Positions 24,474 to 34,911 of a DNA stretch of 64,000 nucleotides are shown one piece after another. Source of the DNA: Gammaproteobacteria bacterium (lineage in GTDB: Bacteria; Pseudomonadota; Gammaproteobacteria; Eutrophobiales; Eutrophobiaceae); the NCBI GenBank assembly GCA_041984885.1, contig JBHIXH010000006.1, positions 4,968-68,967 on the forward strand, written 5' to 3'. Both the position numbers and the translations under genes were made by a program. Each line of letters starts with the position of its first letter. The first letter of the stretch is position 1. Under the pieces are notes generated by a model. It was not told where the DNA came from and made no database searches. It worked only from the letters and a program-made list of their open reading frames with translations.

Positions 24474-25181
24474 TCAGGCAATCAACACCTCTTTCACTTT
24501 ATTCTGTTTCATCTTGATGATTTGGAACGGTTCGGCGAGTTGGCTGTAACGTTCGTGTTGCGACAGTTTTTCGATGTATTTACAGATGTACGTGATCGCG
24601 CCGATCGTGAGCGTGGTGACGTTGTCGAGGTTCGTGACCACCTTGTTACAACTGTCGTTGATCTGCATCATGATCGTCATCGCATTTTCGCTCATCTCGG
24701 CTTTATGCATTTCGGTAATCGTTTCTTCACCGTGCAGCTTGCCCATGATGCCGGACAGCACCGGGACTTTTTCTTTAATTACGCCGTTCAGCATATCGAG
24801 ATTCGATTGAATCTCGCTGATGCAGTTTTCCAGGCGGGTTTCGAGCAAAGCGACGTTATTGCGGACTTTTTCCAGCGAGATATTACCGACGGACTCCGGT
24901 AGTGCGTATTTCTTGCCGTCCGTGATCTCCTTGATCTTCGGGATGTCACTCTCGAACAGGCGGATGACGGTATAGACCTTTTCCAGTTCTTCTTGCTGGT
25001 TCAGCGCCGAGCCGAGTTCCTCGAACTTGACCATCAGGTTGGCGATGCTTGTCTTCAGCTCCTTGATCTTGTCGGCGCGACTGGCCATCACAGTGATGTC
25101 GTCCGAGCTTTCCTGCATCAGGTCGATCAGCTTGAGGATGACGCCACAGCGATCGAGGATGTCGGTCTGAATATTGAACAC
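24474..25181 (-). CDS. Hypothetical alpha-helical / coiled-coil protein
   Basis: 235-aa ORF with normal GC and no diagnostic motif. Confidence 0.45.
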   Translation of the reverse strand: MFNIQTDILDRCGVILKLIDLMQESSDDITVMASRADKIKELKTSIANLMVKFEELGSALNQQEELEKVYTVIRLFESDIPKIKEITDGKKYALPESVGNISLEKVRNNVALLETRLENCISEIQSNLDMLNGVIKEKVPVLSGIMGKLHGEETITEMHKAEMSENAMTIMMQINDSCNKVVTNLDNVTTLTIGAITYICKYIEKLSQHERYSQLAEPFQIIKMKQNKVKEVLIA

Positions 25182-25347
25182 GTGTTTTCGGCTCTGAATT
25201 CGCTCAGATGTGCCGCCTCCCGTTGCTTTTCTTATGCTGACACAGTTTGTTCATTATCCTTTGATATTGTTTTAACTAGAGAAATCAGAACTTTGACGCC
25301 GTTTCGATGTCTCTATAACTAGCTAATATTACTCAATTTTTCCTGTT

Positions 25348-25911
25348 TTGCACATAAAAAACACAGAAAACAGCTTCGGTCTGGTCACGATATTACTGCA
25401 CTGGTCGATGGCAATATTGATCATCGCCTTGTACGTGCTCGGTGAGGTGATGGCAGACCTGGATTATTACAGCAAGTGGTATAACACGTTGCCGTACTGG
25501 CACAAGGCGCTCGGGATGATCACGTTCGCGCTGTTACTGCTGCGTATCGGCTGGGTCGTTGCCAACCCAAAACCACTGGCATTACCGAACTACCTGCGCT
25601 GGGAAATCATCTCGGCAAAGCTGGCGCATGTTACGTTTTATATTGCACTCGTTGTAATATCCGTCAGCGGCTATTTTATTACGACGGCCAAGGGCGCACC
25701 GATTGATCTGTTTGGCTGGTTTGAGATCCCTGCGCTGACGACGCTGGATACCGACACTGCAAAACTGGCTGGAGACGCACATGAAATATCGGCGACCGTG
25801 ATCCTGGTATTGTTTGTGTTACATGTGAGTGCCACATTGAAACATCACTTTGTCGATAAAGACGTGACGTTTAAACGAATGTTAATTCCGAATGAAGTAA
25901 AGGAGAGGTAA
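25348..25911 (+). CDS. Cytochrome b561 family protein
   Basis: Four transmembrane helices with conserved His residues. The N-terminus ([21 protein letters not shown]) is typical of CybB/YceJ. Confidence 0.8.
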   Translation: MHIKNTENSFGLVTILLHWSMAILIIALYVLGEVMADLDYYSKWYNTLPYWHKALGMITFALLLLRIGWVVANPKPLALPNYLRWEIISAKLAHVTFYIALVVISVSGYFITTAKGAPIDLFGWFEIPALTTLDTDTAKLAGDAHEISATVILVLFVLHVSATLKHHFVDKDVTFKRMLIPNEVKER

Positions 25912-25913
25912 CA

Positions 25914-26483
25914 ATGATCAAGCGTTTTACATTTTTGATAATCCTGGGGTTGATGTCGTTACCGTTAAGTGCAGCGGAATACCTGATCGACAAGAAAGGC
26001 ATGCATGCGTTTATCCAGTTCAAGGTGTCGCATCTTGGTTACAGCTGGTTATACGGTCGTTTCAACGACTTCGATGGATCGTTTACCTATGACAGTGAGA
26101 ATCCGGCTGCGGCACAGATAACCGTCAACATAAATACGGCCAGTGTTGATTCCAATCATGCCGAACGGGACAAGCATTTGCGTAGTGACGAGTTTCTGCA
26201 TGTTGATAAATTTCCAAAGTCCCGGTTTGTCAGTACGTCAATCGTCTTGTACGATGACGGTACCGGTGTGTTAACCGGCGACTTTACGTTACGTGGTGTG
26301 ACGAAGCCGCTCACAATCGACATCAAGTTTATCGGTGAGGGTGATGACCCCTGGGGTGGCTATCGCGCCGGTTTTGAAGGCAGCACGAAGCTGGCGTTGG
26401 CCGATTATGGTATTGTCAGGGACCTTGGTCCGACCGCGAAAGAAGTCGAGTTGTTTTTCTCAATTGAAGGCATTCGCCAATAA
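25914..26483 (+). CDS. YceI-family periplasmic protein
   Basis: Signal peptide. The conserved cytochrome b561 / YceI pairing with a 3-nt gap. Confidence 0.8.
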   Translation: MIKRFTFLIILGLMSLPLSAAEYLIDKKGMHAFIQFKVSHLGYSWLYGRFNDFDGSFTYDSENPAAAQITVNINTASVDSNHAERDKHLRSDEFLHVDKFPKSRFVSTSIVLYDDGTGVLTGDFTLRGVTKPLTIDIKFIGEGDDPWGGYRAGFEGSTKLALADYGIVRDLGPTAKEVELFFSIEGIRQ

Positions 26484-26504
26484 CCGTTTAGGAGTAAATG
26501 AACC

Positions 26505-26930
26505 ATGATTCGATCATTGAATATTATAATGCTACTCAGTGTGTTTATGTTGTCAACAGCGCAGGCAGCGACGTATACGTGCACGATTAAAAACACACTG
26601 AAGTTAAATCAAAACGGCAGTTTCGTTACGCACGGTTGGGCGGCAAACTATCAAAACCGGGAATTTACCGTTGATGCAGTGACCGGTCAGGTGTTACGCA
26701 CGACCGCTTTAAAACAACGTTTGACGAACTTCAATAAAGACACCGAGCCGAAGTTGCTGGACCTCGGTCAGGACGACAAACCGTTGCGAGCATTGACGCA
26801 TTACGCAGAACGCGGTGAGTATGCGCTGCTCGAGATCGATGACTCGGGTAAATATGCAAACGCGGACAAGAAACCGTTTTTTTATCATACCGATGTCGGT
26901 CTGATCCTGACCGGCACCTGCATGGAATAG
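26505..26930 (+). CDS. Hypothetical secreted protein (third gene of the cytochrome b561 / yceI operon)
   Basis: Signal peptide ending AQA. No known motif. Confidence 0.5.
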   Translation: MIRSLNIIMLLSVFMLSTAQAATYTCTIKNTLKLNQNGSFVTHGWAANYQNREFTVDAVTGQVLRTTALKQRLTNFNKDTEPKLLDLGQDDKPLRALTHYAERGEYALLEIDDSGKYANADKKPFFYHTDVGLILTGTCME

Positions 26931-26938
26931 ACGCCGGA

Positions 26939-27199
26939 CTATTTGTGCTCGTTATCCGGTGGTTCGTTGATCACTTCCCCTTCGATCGTGTGACCGTCCT
27001 CGACTTTTTCGGCTTTTTCCTTTTTCCAGTTCGCCAGCAGTACGGTTAACAGGCCGAGCAGGATTTCATCCACGAACGGAATAAAGTCGGGAATAATCAG
27101 GTCGAGCAGGAACAGTCCGCCAATCAGGAAAAACAATTGCTTGTGCTTCAGGTTATCGGCAAATACGAGTAAGGCAGAAATAATCGTGACGTTTTTCAT
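26939..27199 (-). CDS. Small membrane protein, DUF1232/YkvA-like
   Basis: 86 aa with two transmembrane segments and an acidic C-terminus. Confidence 0.5.
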   Translation of the reverse strand: MKNVTIISALLVFADNLKHKQLFFLIGGLFLLDLIIPDFIPFVDEILLGLLTVLLANWKKEKAEKVEDGHTIEGEVINEPPDNEHK

Positions 27200-27202
27200 T
27201 GG

Positions 27203-27589
27203 CTAGCGTTGGCCGGTCATGACCAGGAAGATGTCGCGCACATCAAAGACCAGGCTGATCGCAATCGTAGCTACCAGCAACACCAGGTAGACACCATAGG
27301 GGGTGTTCGGCCGTGTCTGCTTTTTTATAAATTCAAACGTAATTAAATAGATGAGTAGCGGCGCCCAGACGATCAAATGCGAGATGCCGAGCAGGTGTAC
27401 CTGTTGTGTTTGTTGAAAGATAAAAACGGCGATTGGCAGCGTCAGTACGAAGGCGGCGAGAATAAAACGCGCCGAGACATGCTGCCAGGTAAATAATACG
27501 CTGGTGACAAAGATGACAAACATCCAGTTTGTCCAGAGTTTAACAGTCGGTGAAATCGCCGCGTTCACGGCTGCGCTCATTTCTTCCAT
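27203..27589 (-). CDS. Small integral membrane protein (3-4 TM)
   Basis: Hydrophobic 128-aa ORF, 20 nt downstream of the Rieske gene on the same strand. Confidence 0.5.
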   Translation of the reverse strand: MEEMSAAVNAAISPTVKLWTNWMFVIFVTSVLFTWQHVSARFILAAFVLTLPIAVFIFQQTQQVHLLGISHLIVWAPLLIYLITFEFIKKQTRPNTPYGVYLVLLVATIAISLVFDVRDIFLVMTGQR

Positions 27590-27610
27590 TCTGTTTTCCC
27601 TTTTTATGAC

Positions 27611-28690
27611 TTACACATTGTCAGGTTGCATGGGAATGCCCTTGCGAATCAATAGATCGCGTACGCGTTGAATCACTTTAAAGATTTCCTGGTTCCAGTC
27701 TTCGCCCTGCGCATCAAATGCGGCCTGCTCCATCTCGACCACCCAGCGGTCTTCATTAAAAATGCCGTTGGTGAAATAGATCAGGAACGGCCAGAGCAGG
27801 TTTAACAATCCGGGAATACCCGGCTTGCGTACGTTGATCAGGCCAAACGTGTGGTTTTGGCGTTGTTGCCTGTCGATCGGAACATACGTGATCCACAGGT
27901 CGAGCGCCGGATGTTCACTTCCAGCGGTCCAGAATTTCAGGATCTGATACGGGTACTCGGTACGCACCGTCATCAGGTCCTTTGATTCTTTTTTCTTGTC
28001 TTTCATACGACTCAACATGACTTTCTCGCCGATTGGTTGTCGACCTTCGCGTTCAAACGAGTAATCGACCTCGACATAGTTATCGCCCTCGCGCAGGTCG
28101 AGAAATTTTGCCGTGATGTTGGCCATGATGCGCCGGTGTAAAAACTGATGATTCATGTCCATCAGGTTTTCATGCAGGAACGAGTAATGGCAATCGACCG
28201 TATGATCCAGGTAACGGGTTTTGTATTCGCCGGTTTTCCATGAGGGTATGTCCGGGAAGTCGACGAAAGCCGCCTTGTCCGCATCGCCGGGAAACACAAA
28301 GATCATTCCATAATCTTCGCGGCACGGATAACTGCGTACACCGCGCGGCATCTGTTTACTCTCGCCGACATACGGGATATTGATGCATTTGCCGCTGCAG
28401 TTATAGATCCAGCCGTGATAACAGCATTGAATGTTGTCACCGTTGACGACGCCCTGGCTGAGTGGAACCTGTCGATGTGCACAGCGGTCTTCGAGTGCGA
28501 ACAGCTTGCCGCTTTTCGTACGTACGATGACAATTGGTTCGCCGGCGAATGTTACGCGCGTCGCCTTGCCGGCCTTTAATTTTTTTGCGGCAAGCAGCGG
28601 ATACCAGTGATCTGGATGCGCTGCCGTTTTGCGTAAATCACGCACCGGTTTGCTGGTTGTAATTGAAGGTGCAGCCTCAGCTAAAGTCAT
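27611..28690 (-). CDS. Rieske [2Fe-2S] non-heme iron oxygenase, PAO/Tic55/CMO/KshA family
   Basis: Rieske CxH...CxxH (CAHRQVPLS...CCYHGW) and a mononuclear iron motif ENLMDMNHQFLH (E-x3-D-x2-H-x3-H). Confidence 0.8.
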   Translation of the reverse strand: MTLAEAAPSITTSKPVRDLRKTAAHPDHWYPLLAAKKLKAGKATRVTFAGEPIVIVRTKSGKLFALEDRCAHRQVPLSQGVVNGDNIQCCYHGWIYNCSGKCINIPYVGESKQMPRGVRSYPCREDYGMIFVFPGDADKAAFVDFPDIPSWKTGEYKTRYLDHTVDCHYSFLHENLMDMNHQFLHRRIMANITAKFLDLREGDNYVEVDYSFEREGRQPIGEKVMLSRMKDKKKESKDLMTVRTEYPYQILKFWTAGSEHPALDLWITYVPIDRQQRQNHTFGLINVRKPGIPGLLNLLWPFLIYFTNGIFNEDRWVVEMEQAAFDAQGEDWNQEIFKVIQRVRDLLIRKGIPMQPDNV

Positions 28691-28860
28691 GCCGGATTTC
28701 CTGTTATGGGTTTTGAATTCGGAACAAATGTATTGTTATTAGCTATTTGGAGTCGATTACAGTCTGCCGGTTCCGGCTGGACAAGACCCGATCAAAATAG
28801 GATTCTAACGCGAATCACGTTATCATTAATGTTAATAATTTCTCATAAAAACAATCAATT

Positions 28861-29931
28861 ATGTCTCACCCCCCGTTACAGAATGATCGCCTGATACGCG
28901 CTTTGTTGCGTCAACCGGTCGATCGTACACCGGTCTGGATCATGCGGCAGGCCGGCCGTTATTTACCCGAATATCGCGCCACGCGGGCGAAGGCGGGCAA
29001 CTTCATGACACTGTGTACGACACCGGAACTGGCCTGTGAGGTGACGTTACAGCCACTGGAACGCTTCCCGCTGGATGCGGCGATTTTATTTTCCGACATC
29101 CTGACGATTCCGGATGCAATGGGGCTGGGACTATCCGTGATCGAGCAACAGGGCCCCGTGTTTGAGAAAACCATTCGCACGGCAGACGACCTAGACAGGA
29201 TCGGCGTGCCGGACCCGGAAGACGATCTCGACTATGTCATGAACGCGGTGCGTTTGATCCGCAAGGAGCTGGATGGGCGTGTGCCGTTGATCGGTTTTTC
29301 CGGTAGTCCCTGGACACTGGCAACCTACATGGTCGAGGGCAAATCCAGCAAGAACCACGCAATCGTGAAAGCCATGTTGTATGACGATGCCGCCTTGCTG
29401 CATCGCCTGCTTGATCTGTTGGCGGAATCGGTAACGGCGTATCTGAACGCCCAGATCCAGGCTGGCGCACAGGCCGTCATGCTGTTTGATACCTGGGGAG
29501 GATTATTGACGACGGCGGCCTACAAGGAGTTCTCATTAAATTACATGCAGAAGATCGTGCAAGGGTTACAACGGGAACACGAGGGCAACCCGGTTCCAGT
29601 GACACTGTTTACCAAGGGGGGCGCACACTGGGCGAAAGAGATAGCGGCAACCGGTTGTGACGCGATCGGTGTTGACTGGACCACCGAGCTCGCCGATGTG
29701 CGTGCATTAACCGAGGATAGCGTGGCGCTGCAGGGCAACCTCGATCCTGCCGTGTTGTATTCAGCCGCGGCCAATATCGAACAGGAAGTCACCCGCGTGC
29801 TTGACAGTTATGGTATAGGCCACGGTCATGTGTTTAACCTGGGTCATGGTATCCACCCGCAGATAAACCCGGACCATGTCGCAGTCATGGTTGAAGCCGT
29901 GCAACGGTTAAGCGAACCGTATCACCGCTAA
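28861..29931 (+). CDS. hemE: Uroporphyrinogen decarboxylase
   Basis: [17 protein letters not shown]-terminal signature. 356 aa. Confidence 0.9.
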   Translation: MSHPPLQNDRLIRALLRQPVDRTPVWIMRQAGRYLPEYRATRAKAGNFMTLCTTPELACEVTLQPLERFPLDAAILFSDILTIPDAMGLGLSVIEQQGPVFEKTIRTADDLDRIGVPDPEDDLDYVMNAVRLIRKELDGRVPLIGFSGSPWTLATYMVEGKSSKNHAIVKAMLYDDAALLHRLLDLLAESVTAYLNAQIQAGAQAVMLFDTWGGLLTTAAYKEFSLNYMQKIVQGLQREHEGNPVPVTLFTKGGAHWAKEIAATGCDAIGVDWTTELADVRALTEDSVALQGNLDPAVLYSAAANIEQEVTRVLDSYGIGHGHVFNLGHGIHPQINPDHVAVMVEAVQRLSEPYHR

Positions 29932-29959
29932 TGGTTTTGCCGGGCTTTTACACGCTTAC

Positions 29960-30865
29960 ATGAAAGACAGGCTGCTGCTCGTCATCAAGGGCTTTTGCAT
30001 GGGTGCAGCCGACGTGGTGCCCGGCGTCAGTGGCGGCACAATGGCGTTGATCCTGGGCATTTATCAACGCCTCATTGATGCAATCAAGTCGTTTGACCTG
30101 GTCTGGCTGCAATCATTTTTTCGTCTCGATCTCGGGCAAGTGCTACAACGTCCGCACCTGGCATTTATTATCCCGTTGTTTCTCGGCATAGGCAGCGCAT
30201 TGATCTTTTTTACGCGCATCGTGCCGTTACCGGTATATATCAGGACACACCCGGAGTATGTGTACGGACTGTTTTTTGGTTTGATACTCGGTTCAATCCT
30301 GGTACTGATTATTGACTTAAAAAAACCGGCACTGCAGGATTTGGTCGCAATTTTTTTCGGCACGATTTCCGGACTGTATGTGTTCAACCTGGTACCGGCG
30401 ACTACGCCGGACGATGCCTGGTTTATCTTTATTAGCGGTGCCGTCGCCATCAGCGCGATGATCCTGCCGGGGATCTCCGGCTCATTCATCCTGTTAATGA
30501 TGAAAAAATACGCCTACATCATGGATGGTATCGGCCATTTAAACCTGATGATCATATTGCCGTTTGGTCTGGGCGTCGTCGTCGGTTTGATATTATTCAG
30601 TCGGGTGCTGTCCTGGTTGCTGGCAAGGTATTACAAACCAACACTGTTATTTATTATCGGCCTGTTAGTTGCCTCATTATCTGTCATCTGGCCGTTTCAA
30701 CAGCGCAGTTACACGTCGGTCAGGGGCAAGGAATACCTGATTGACAGTACCGCCTACCTGCCGGATTCGTTCTCGTCGGTAGTGCTTGTGTCGACGCTGC
30801 TGATCGGCGTCGGTTTTCTCATCGTGGTGTTTGTGCACTGGCTGGCGCACCGTAAAAGGGCGTAA
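29960..30865 (+). CDS. DUF368 family integral membrane protein
   Basis: GxxxGVSGGTMALILG signature and multiple transmembrane helices. Confidence 0.75.
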   Translation: MKDRLLLVIKGFCMGAADVVPGVSGGTMALILGIYQRLIDAIKSFDLVWLQSFFRLDLGQVLQRPHLAFIIPLFLGIGSALIFFTRIVPLPVYIRTHPEYVYGLFFGLILGSILVLIIDLKKPALQDLVAIFFGTISGLYVFNLVPATTPDDAWFIFISGAVAISAMILPGISGSFILLMMKKYAYIMDGIGHLNLMIILPFGLGVVVGLILFSRVLSWLLARYYKPTLLFIIGLLVASLSVIWPFQQRSYTSVRGKEYLIDSTAYLPDSFSSVVLVSTLLIGVGFLIVVFVHWLAHRKRA

Positions 30866-30915
30866 AATACCAGCATTCAGCTGTGATCGCGTATAACGAC
30901 TAAAAGGTAACGCAA

Positions 30916-33357
30916 TTGCCAATATCAGAAATCGTCTTGATCGTTATGGGGCTGCTGACCGTAGCGATGATTGTTGCGGGCATTTGTCGCAACATCCCGA
31001 TCCCGTATACGGTCATTCTCGTCATCCTCGGCATTGGTTTCGGTCACCTCGGACGTCAGTACGAAGTATTCCATGATCTGCTGACTTTTCAGTTAACGCC
31101 GGAGCTGGTTCTGTTTCTGTTTTTACCGGCGCTGATCTTTGAGTCCGCGTTTAACCTTGATGCGCGCAAGTTATTAAAAGACATCGCCCCGATAATGATC
31201 CTGGCGATCCCGGCATTGCTGATATCAACGTTTGTTATCGGTGTCGGTCTCTGGCTGGTGCTGCCCATCAGTTTTATCCTGGCACTGTTATTCGGCGCAT
31301 TGATTTCTGCTACTGATCCGGTTGCAGTTGTTGCCCTGTTTAAAGAGGTCGGTGCACCACAGCGTTTGACCGTGCTGGTCGAAGGCGAGTCTTTATTAAA
31401 CGACGCCACCGCCATCGTGATATTCAATATTATCCTGGTAATGGCAATCGGTGGTGCGGCCTTCACCGCGGCCGATGTCGGTCTTGCCGTCATTGAATTC
31501 TTCCGCGTGTTTATCGGCGGTATTCTTGTCGGTTTTCTCATCGCAGTTGTATTGAGCGAGTTACTGTTTCGTATGCAGGTGGGCGTGAGTGCCTACCTGA
31601 TCATGTCAATTGTGCTCGCCTATGCCAGTTTTGCCATTGCCGAGCATGAGCTGCATGTCTCCGGTGTCATGGCCGTGGTTGCCTCGGCGATCACAATGGG
31701 CGTATTCGGCGTCAGCCGCATACCACAGACAGCGACGCATCTGGTCAAGGAGACCTGGGATGTGATCGCACTGGTGTTTAACTCGTTGCTATTTCTGCTG
31801 GTTGGTCTATCGGTGGATGTCGCTTCCCTGTTCGGCCATGTCGATGCAATTCTGTTCGGTGTGTTGTTTGTATTGCTGGCACGTGCCGCTTCGGTTTATA
31901 CGATGGTGCCGGCAACAATTAAGGTGTTTGGCCTGCCACACGTGACGATGGGTGAGCGGCATATCATGTGGTGGGGAGGATTAAAAGGCGGGCTGGCAAT
32001 CGCCATCGTGCTCTCGATCCCGCTCGATATGCCGGGACGTGAGATGTTATTGAATATGACGCTGGGCGTGGTCATGTTTTCACTGCTGGTGAATGCACCG
32101 ACGATTCGACCCTTGATGCACAAACTTGGCATCGACAGGCTGACCGACGATGAACGTTCCGAATTAAGACATGCGCTGGTCAATGCACAGCATCATGCAG
32201 AGGACATTCTGCAACGGTTGCATAATATCGGTTTAATCAGCACCAGCACACGCCAGCTGATCCAGAAGAAAAACAAGCAGATTTTCTCGACTGTCGATGT
32301 GGGCGGAGGGGATTACACGCAGGATGTTCGGCATATCTACATCACTGCGTTAAGGGTTGAACTGGAAGAAAACAAGTTTCTGTATGACATCGGGTTGATC
32401 CAGCATTACACCTACCTTGATATAAAGAATACGTTACAAAGGGACCGCGATACCTGGTTGTCTGATCCTAACAAGCACATGCTTGAAAAAGAGGTATCAA
32501 GAAAAAGCCTGTTTTTACAAATTGAGACGATACTGATCAAACGCATGCGAGAGATGGACCTGGTTGCCGGTTTATTATCCCGCTATCAATACCTGCGTCT
32601 TTCACAACGTCTGCAACGTGATCTGGCCGGCGTACTGATCGCCAGTGCTGTGCTGGAGATGTTGAAAAATGACGATCATTTTCTTGAAGAACATAAACAG
32701 AAAGTCATGCAGATTTATGCAAAACGTCTGCAACGCCGCAAGGAAAGGCTGGAAGAAATATCCGGCGAATACCCGGATTTTTACCTGCGTTTTGAAACCC
32801 GCCTGTTCACCAAGGTCGGACTGATAGCAGCCGGACATTACGCCGAGCAGGCATTCCAGCATGGCGAGATAGGTGCGAAAGCATTTTCCCGGATTGAACG
32901 CACGGTACGAGAGGCAACAAACCAGTTGCCGAAGATTTCAAACCCGGTTCCGAAAATGAAACCAAGCGATTTGATTGGTACGGTGCCACTATTAAACGGC
33001 CTGTCCGATACCGTGCTCGAGCGCTTGTCGAAACATGCCCAACCGGTCACTTTCCTGGCCGGTGATGAGGTTATCGGTGAAGGTGAACGCGGTGATGCGC
33101 TCTACATTATCAGTAGCGGTGTAGTCACGGTCAGTCGTGCTGGCGATGAGAAACCGATCGCAGAATTACGCGCCGGCGATTTTTTTGGCGAAATGGCCTT
33201 ACTCGGTGATCAAAAGCGAACGGCGACAGTCTGTGCGAAAGCACCGTCGACATTATTACGGCTACGCCGCAAGGACGTGCTGGACCTCGCCAACGATGAT
33301 CCGGAATTGAAGCTGCGCCTGGAGCAGGCACAGCGTAGCCGCAACGAGCGAGACTAG
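30916..33357 (+). CDS. CPA1 (NhaP-type) Na+/H+ antiporter fused to C-terminal cyclic-nucleotide-binding domain
   Basis: About 12 transmembrane helices with a Na_H_Exchanger core. Long cytoplasmic tail ending in a cNMP-binding fold (GDEVIGEGERGDALYIISSG...FFGEMALL...RTATV). Confidence 0.8.
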   Translation: MPISEIVLIVMGLLTVAMIVAGICRNIPIPYTVILVILGIGFGHLGRQYEVFHDLLTFQLTPELVLFLFLPALIFESAFNLDARKLLKDIAPIMILAIPALLISTFVIGVGLWLVLPISFILALLFGALISATDPVAVVALFKEVGAPQRLTVLVEGESLLNDATAIVIFNIILVMAIGGAAFTAADVGLAVIEFFRVFIGGILVGFLIAVVLSELLFRMQVGVSAYLIMSIVLAYASFAIAEHELHVSGVMAVVASAITMGVFGVSRIPQTATHLVKETWDVIALVFNSLLFLLVGLSVDVASLFGHVDAILFGVLFVLLARAASVYTMVPATIKVFGLPHVTMGERHIMWWGGLKGGLAIAIVLSIPLDMPGREMLLNMTLGVVMFSLLVNAPTIRPLMHKLGIDRLTDDERSELRHALVNAQHHAEDILQRLHNIGLISTSTRQLIQKKNKQIFSTVDVGGGDYTQDVRHIYITALRVELEENKFLYDIGLIQHYTYLDIKNTLQRDRDTWLSDPNKHMLEKEVSRKSLFLQIETILIKRMREMDLVAGLLSRYQYLRLSQRLQRDLAGVLIASAVLEMLKNDDHFLEEHKQKVMQIYAKRLQRRKERLEEISGEYPDFYLRFETRLFTKVGLIAAGHYAEQAFQHGEIGAKAFSRIERTVREATNQLPKISNPVPKMKPSDLIGTVPLLNGLSDTVLERLSKHAQPVTFLAGDEVIGEGERGDALYIISSGVVTVSRAGDEKPIAELRAGDFFGEMALLGDQKRTATVCAKAPSTLLRLRRKDVLDLANDDPELKLRLEQAQRSRNERD

Positions 33358-34874
33358 GCCGGTTTTTTCTTTTTCTTGTCCGGGTGTTGGCGTGACATCG
33401 ACAGGCCGAGCAGTGCAAACATAAGACCTACTATGAATACATTGCCGGATTTACTGTAGGGTGTCATGCCTTCGTACGGGATGACCTGGCCGGCCAGTAC
33501 GTCCGTACGATGTTGCGGAGACCGGGAAATAATTTTTCCTTTCTCATCTATTAACGCGCTGATGCCGGTATTCGTTGCCCGCAACATGTAGCGCCCGGTT
33601 TCAATTGATCGCATCCTGGCCATTTGTAAATGTTGGTGGGCGGCAATTGAATCGCCAAACCAGGCATCATTGCTGACATTGATCAACAAGCTCGCCTGCG
33701 GCAAGGCTTTTATGGTGAGTTCACCGAATACATCTTCGTAACAGATGGATACGCCGAGCACCTCACCGGCGGCTATCAGGATTGGTTGTTCCTGCTCGCC
33801 GGCAGAGAAGCTCGACATCGGTATGTGTAAAAACGAAAGTATGGGCCTGAGTACCGAATCAAACGGCAGGTATTCACCGAACGGTACCAGGTGTTGCTTG
33901 TGATAAAACTGATCTGTCTCACCAAAGCGGATCAGGCTGTTGAAATAATGCGGTGTCTCCGGATCCTTCCAGGCAAGCCCGCTGATTAATGCAGAACCTG
34001 ACCTGGCACTTCTTTGTCGAATCGTCTTCAGTATCGGTGTTGCCTCGTGATAAAACAGGGGTAACGCGGTCTCCGGCCAGAGTATCAGGTCGTGACCCCA
34101 GTACGGTTCAGTCAGGTCCAGATAGAGATCGATCGTTTTTTGCCGCTGTTCCGGTAGCCATTTCAGTTCCTGTGGAATACCACCCTGGATCAACGCAACC
34201 TGTAACGTTTTATCTTTCGGTCGGGTCCAGTCAGCTTCCAGGCTTTGCAGGCTGAACGCCCAGATACAAACCAGGCTGACCGCGGCCAGTAGTTTGTCGC
34301 GTTTTCTACCGACGATGATCAGCGTGAACATACCGGCGGTCATTGCCGTCAGCCAGCTGGTGCCATAGACGCCAAATATCGGAGCAATCCCGGCAAGCGG
34401 GCTGTCCGTCTGGCTGTAACCGAGATTCAGCCAGGGAAAACCGGTAAAGATCCATGAGCGGAACCACTCGGCCAGTGTCCATACGGCTGGCAGGATAACG
34501 ATCAGTCGGACATAGGTTCGACATCGACGATAACGAAATGTAACCCAGGCAACGAGTGCGGGATATAAAGACAAAAACAGGATGAGCAACAACGTGAAGG
34601 CAATGGCCATGATGAAAGACACACCGCCAAACAGGTTGATGCTGATATGTAACCAGCTGACACCGAAACCGAACAGACCAAGTCCAAAAAAATAACCGAG
34701 CAATAACGATTGCTTCACCGATGAGGTTTTAACGAGTAAATAAAATACGATCGCGAGCGTGAGTAAAGGAATAAAAAATAATTGATACGGGGCAAACCCC
34801 GATACGGTGACCGCACCACAGGTAAACGCTATAACCAGCTTGAGCAGAAACGCCTGTTTATCAGACAAGATCAT
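33354..34874 (-). CDS. lnt: Apolipoprotein N-acyltransferase
   Basis: N-terminal multi-transmembrane region plus a CN-hydrolase domain with catalytic Cys (VSICYEDVF). Confidence 0.85.
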   Translation of the reverse strand: MILSDKQAFLLKLVIAFTCGAVTVSGFAPYQLFFIPLLTLAIVFYLLVKTSSVKQSLLLGYFFGLGLFGFGVSWLHISINLFGGVSFIMAIAFTLLLILFLSLYPALVAWVTFRYRRCRTYVRLIVILPAVWTLAEWFRSWIFTGFPWLNLGYSQTDSPLAGIAPIFGVYGTSWLTAMTAGMFTLIIVGRKRDKLLAAVSLVCIWAFSLQSLEADWTRPKDKTLQVALIQGGIPQELKWLPEQRQKTIDLYLDLTEPYWGHDLILWPETALPLFYHEATPILKTIRQRSARSGSALISGLAWKDPETPHYFNSLIRFGETDQFYHKQHLVPFGEYLPFDSVLRPILSFLHIPMSSFSAGEQEQPILIAAGEVLGVSICYEDVFGELTIKALPQASLLINVSNDAWFGDSIAAHQHLQMARMRSIETGRYMLRATNTGISALIDEKGKIISRSPQHRTDVLAGQVIPYEGMTPYSKSGNVFIVGLMFALLGLSMSRQHPDKKKKKPA

Positions 34875-34911
34875 CTGAAGATATTAAAAAGATGTGAGCC
34901 TGACGTTAAAA

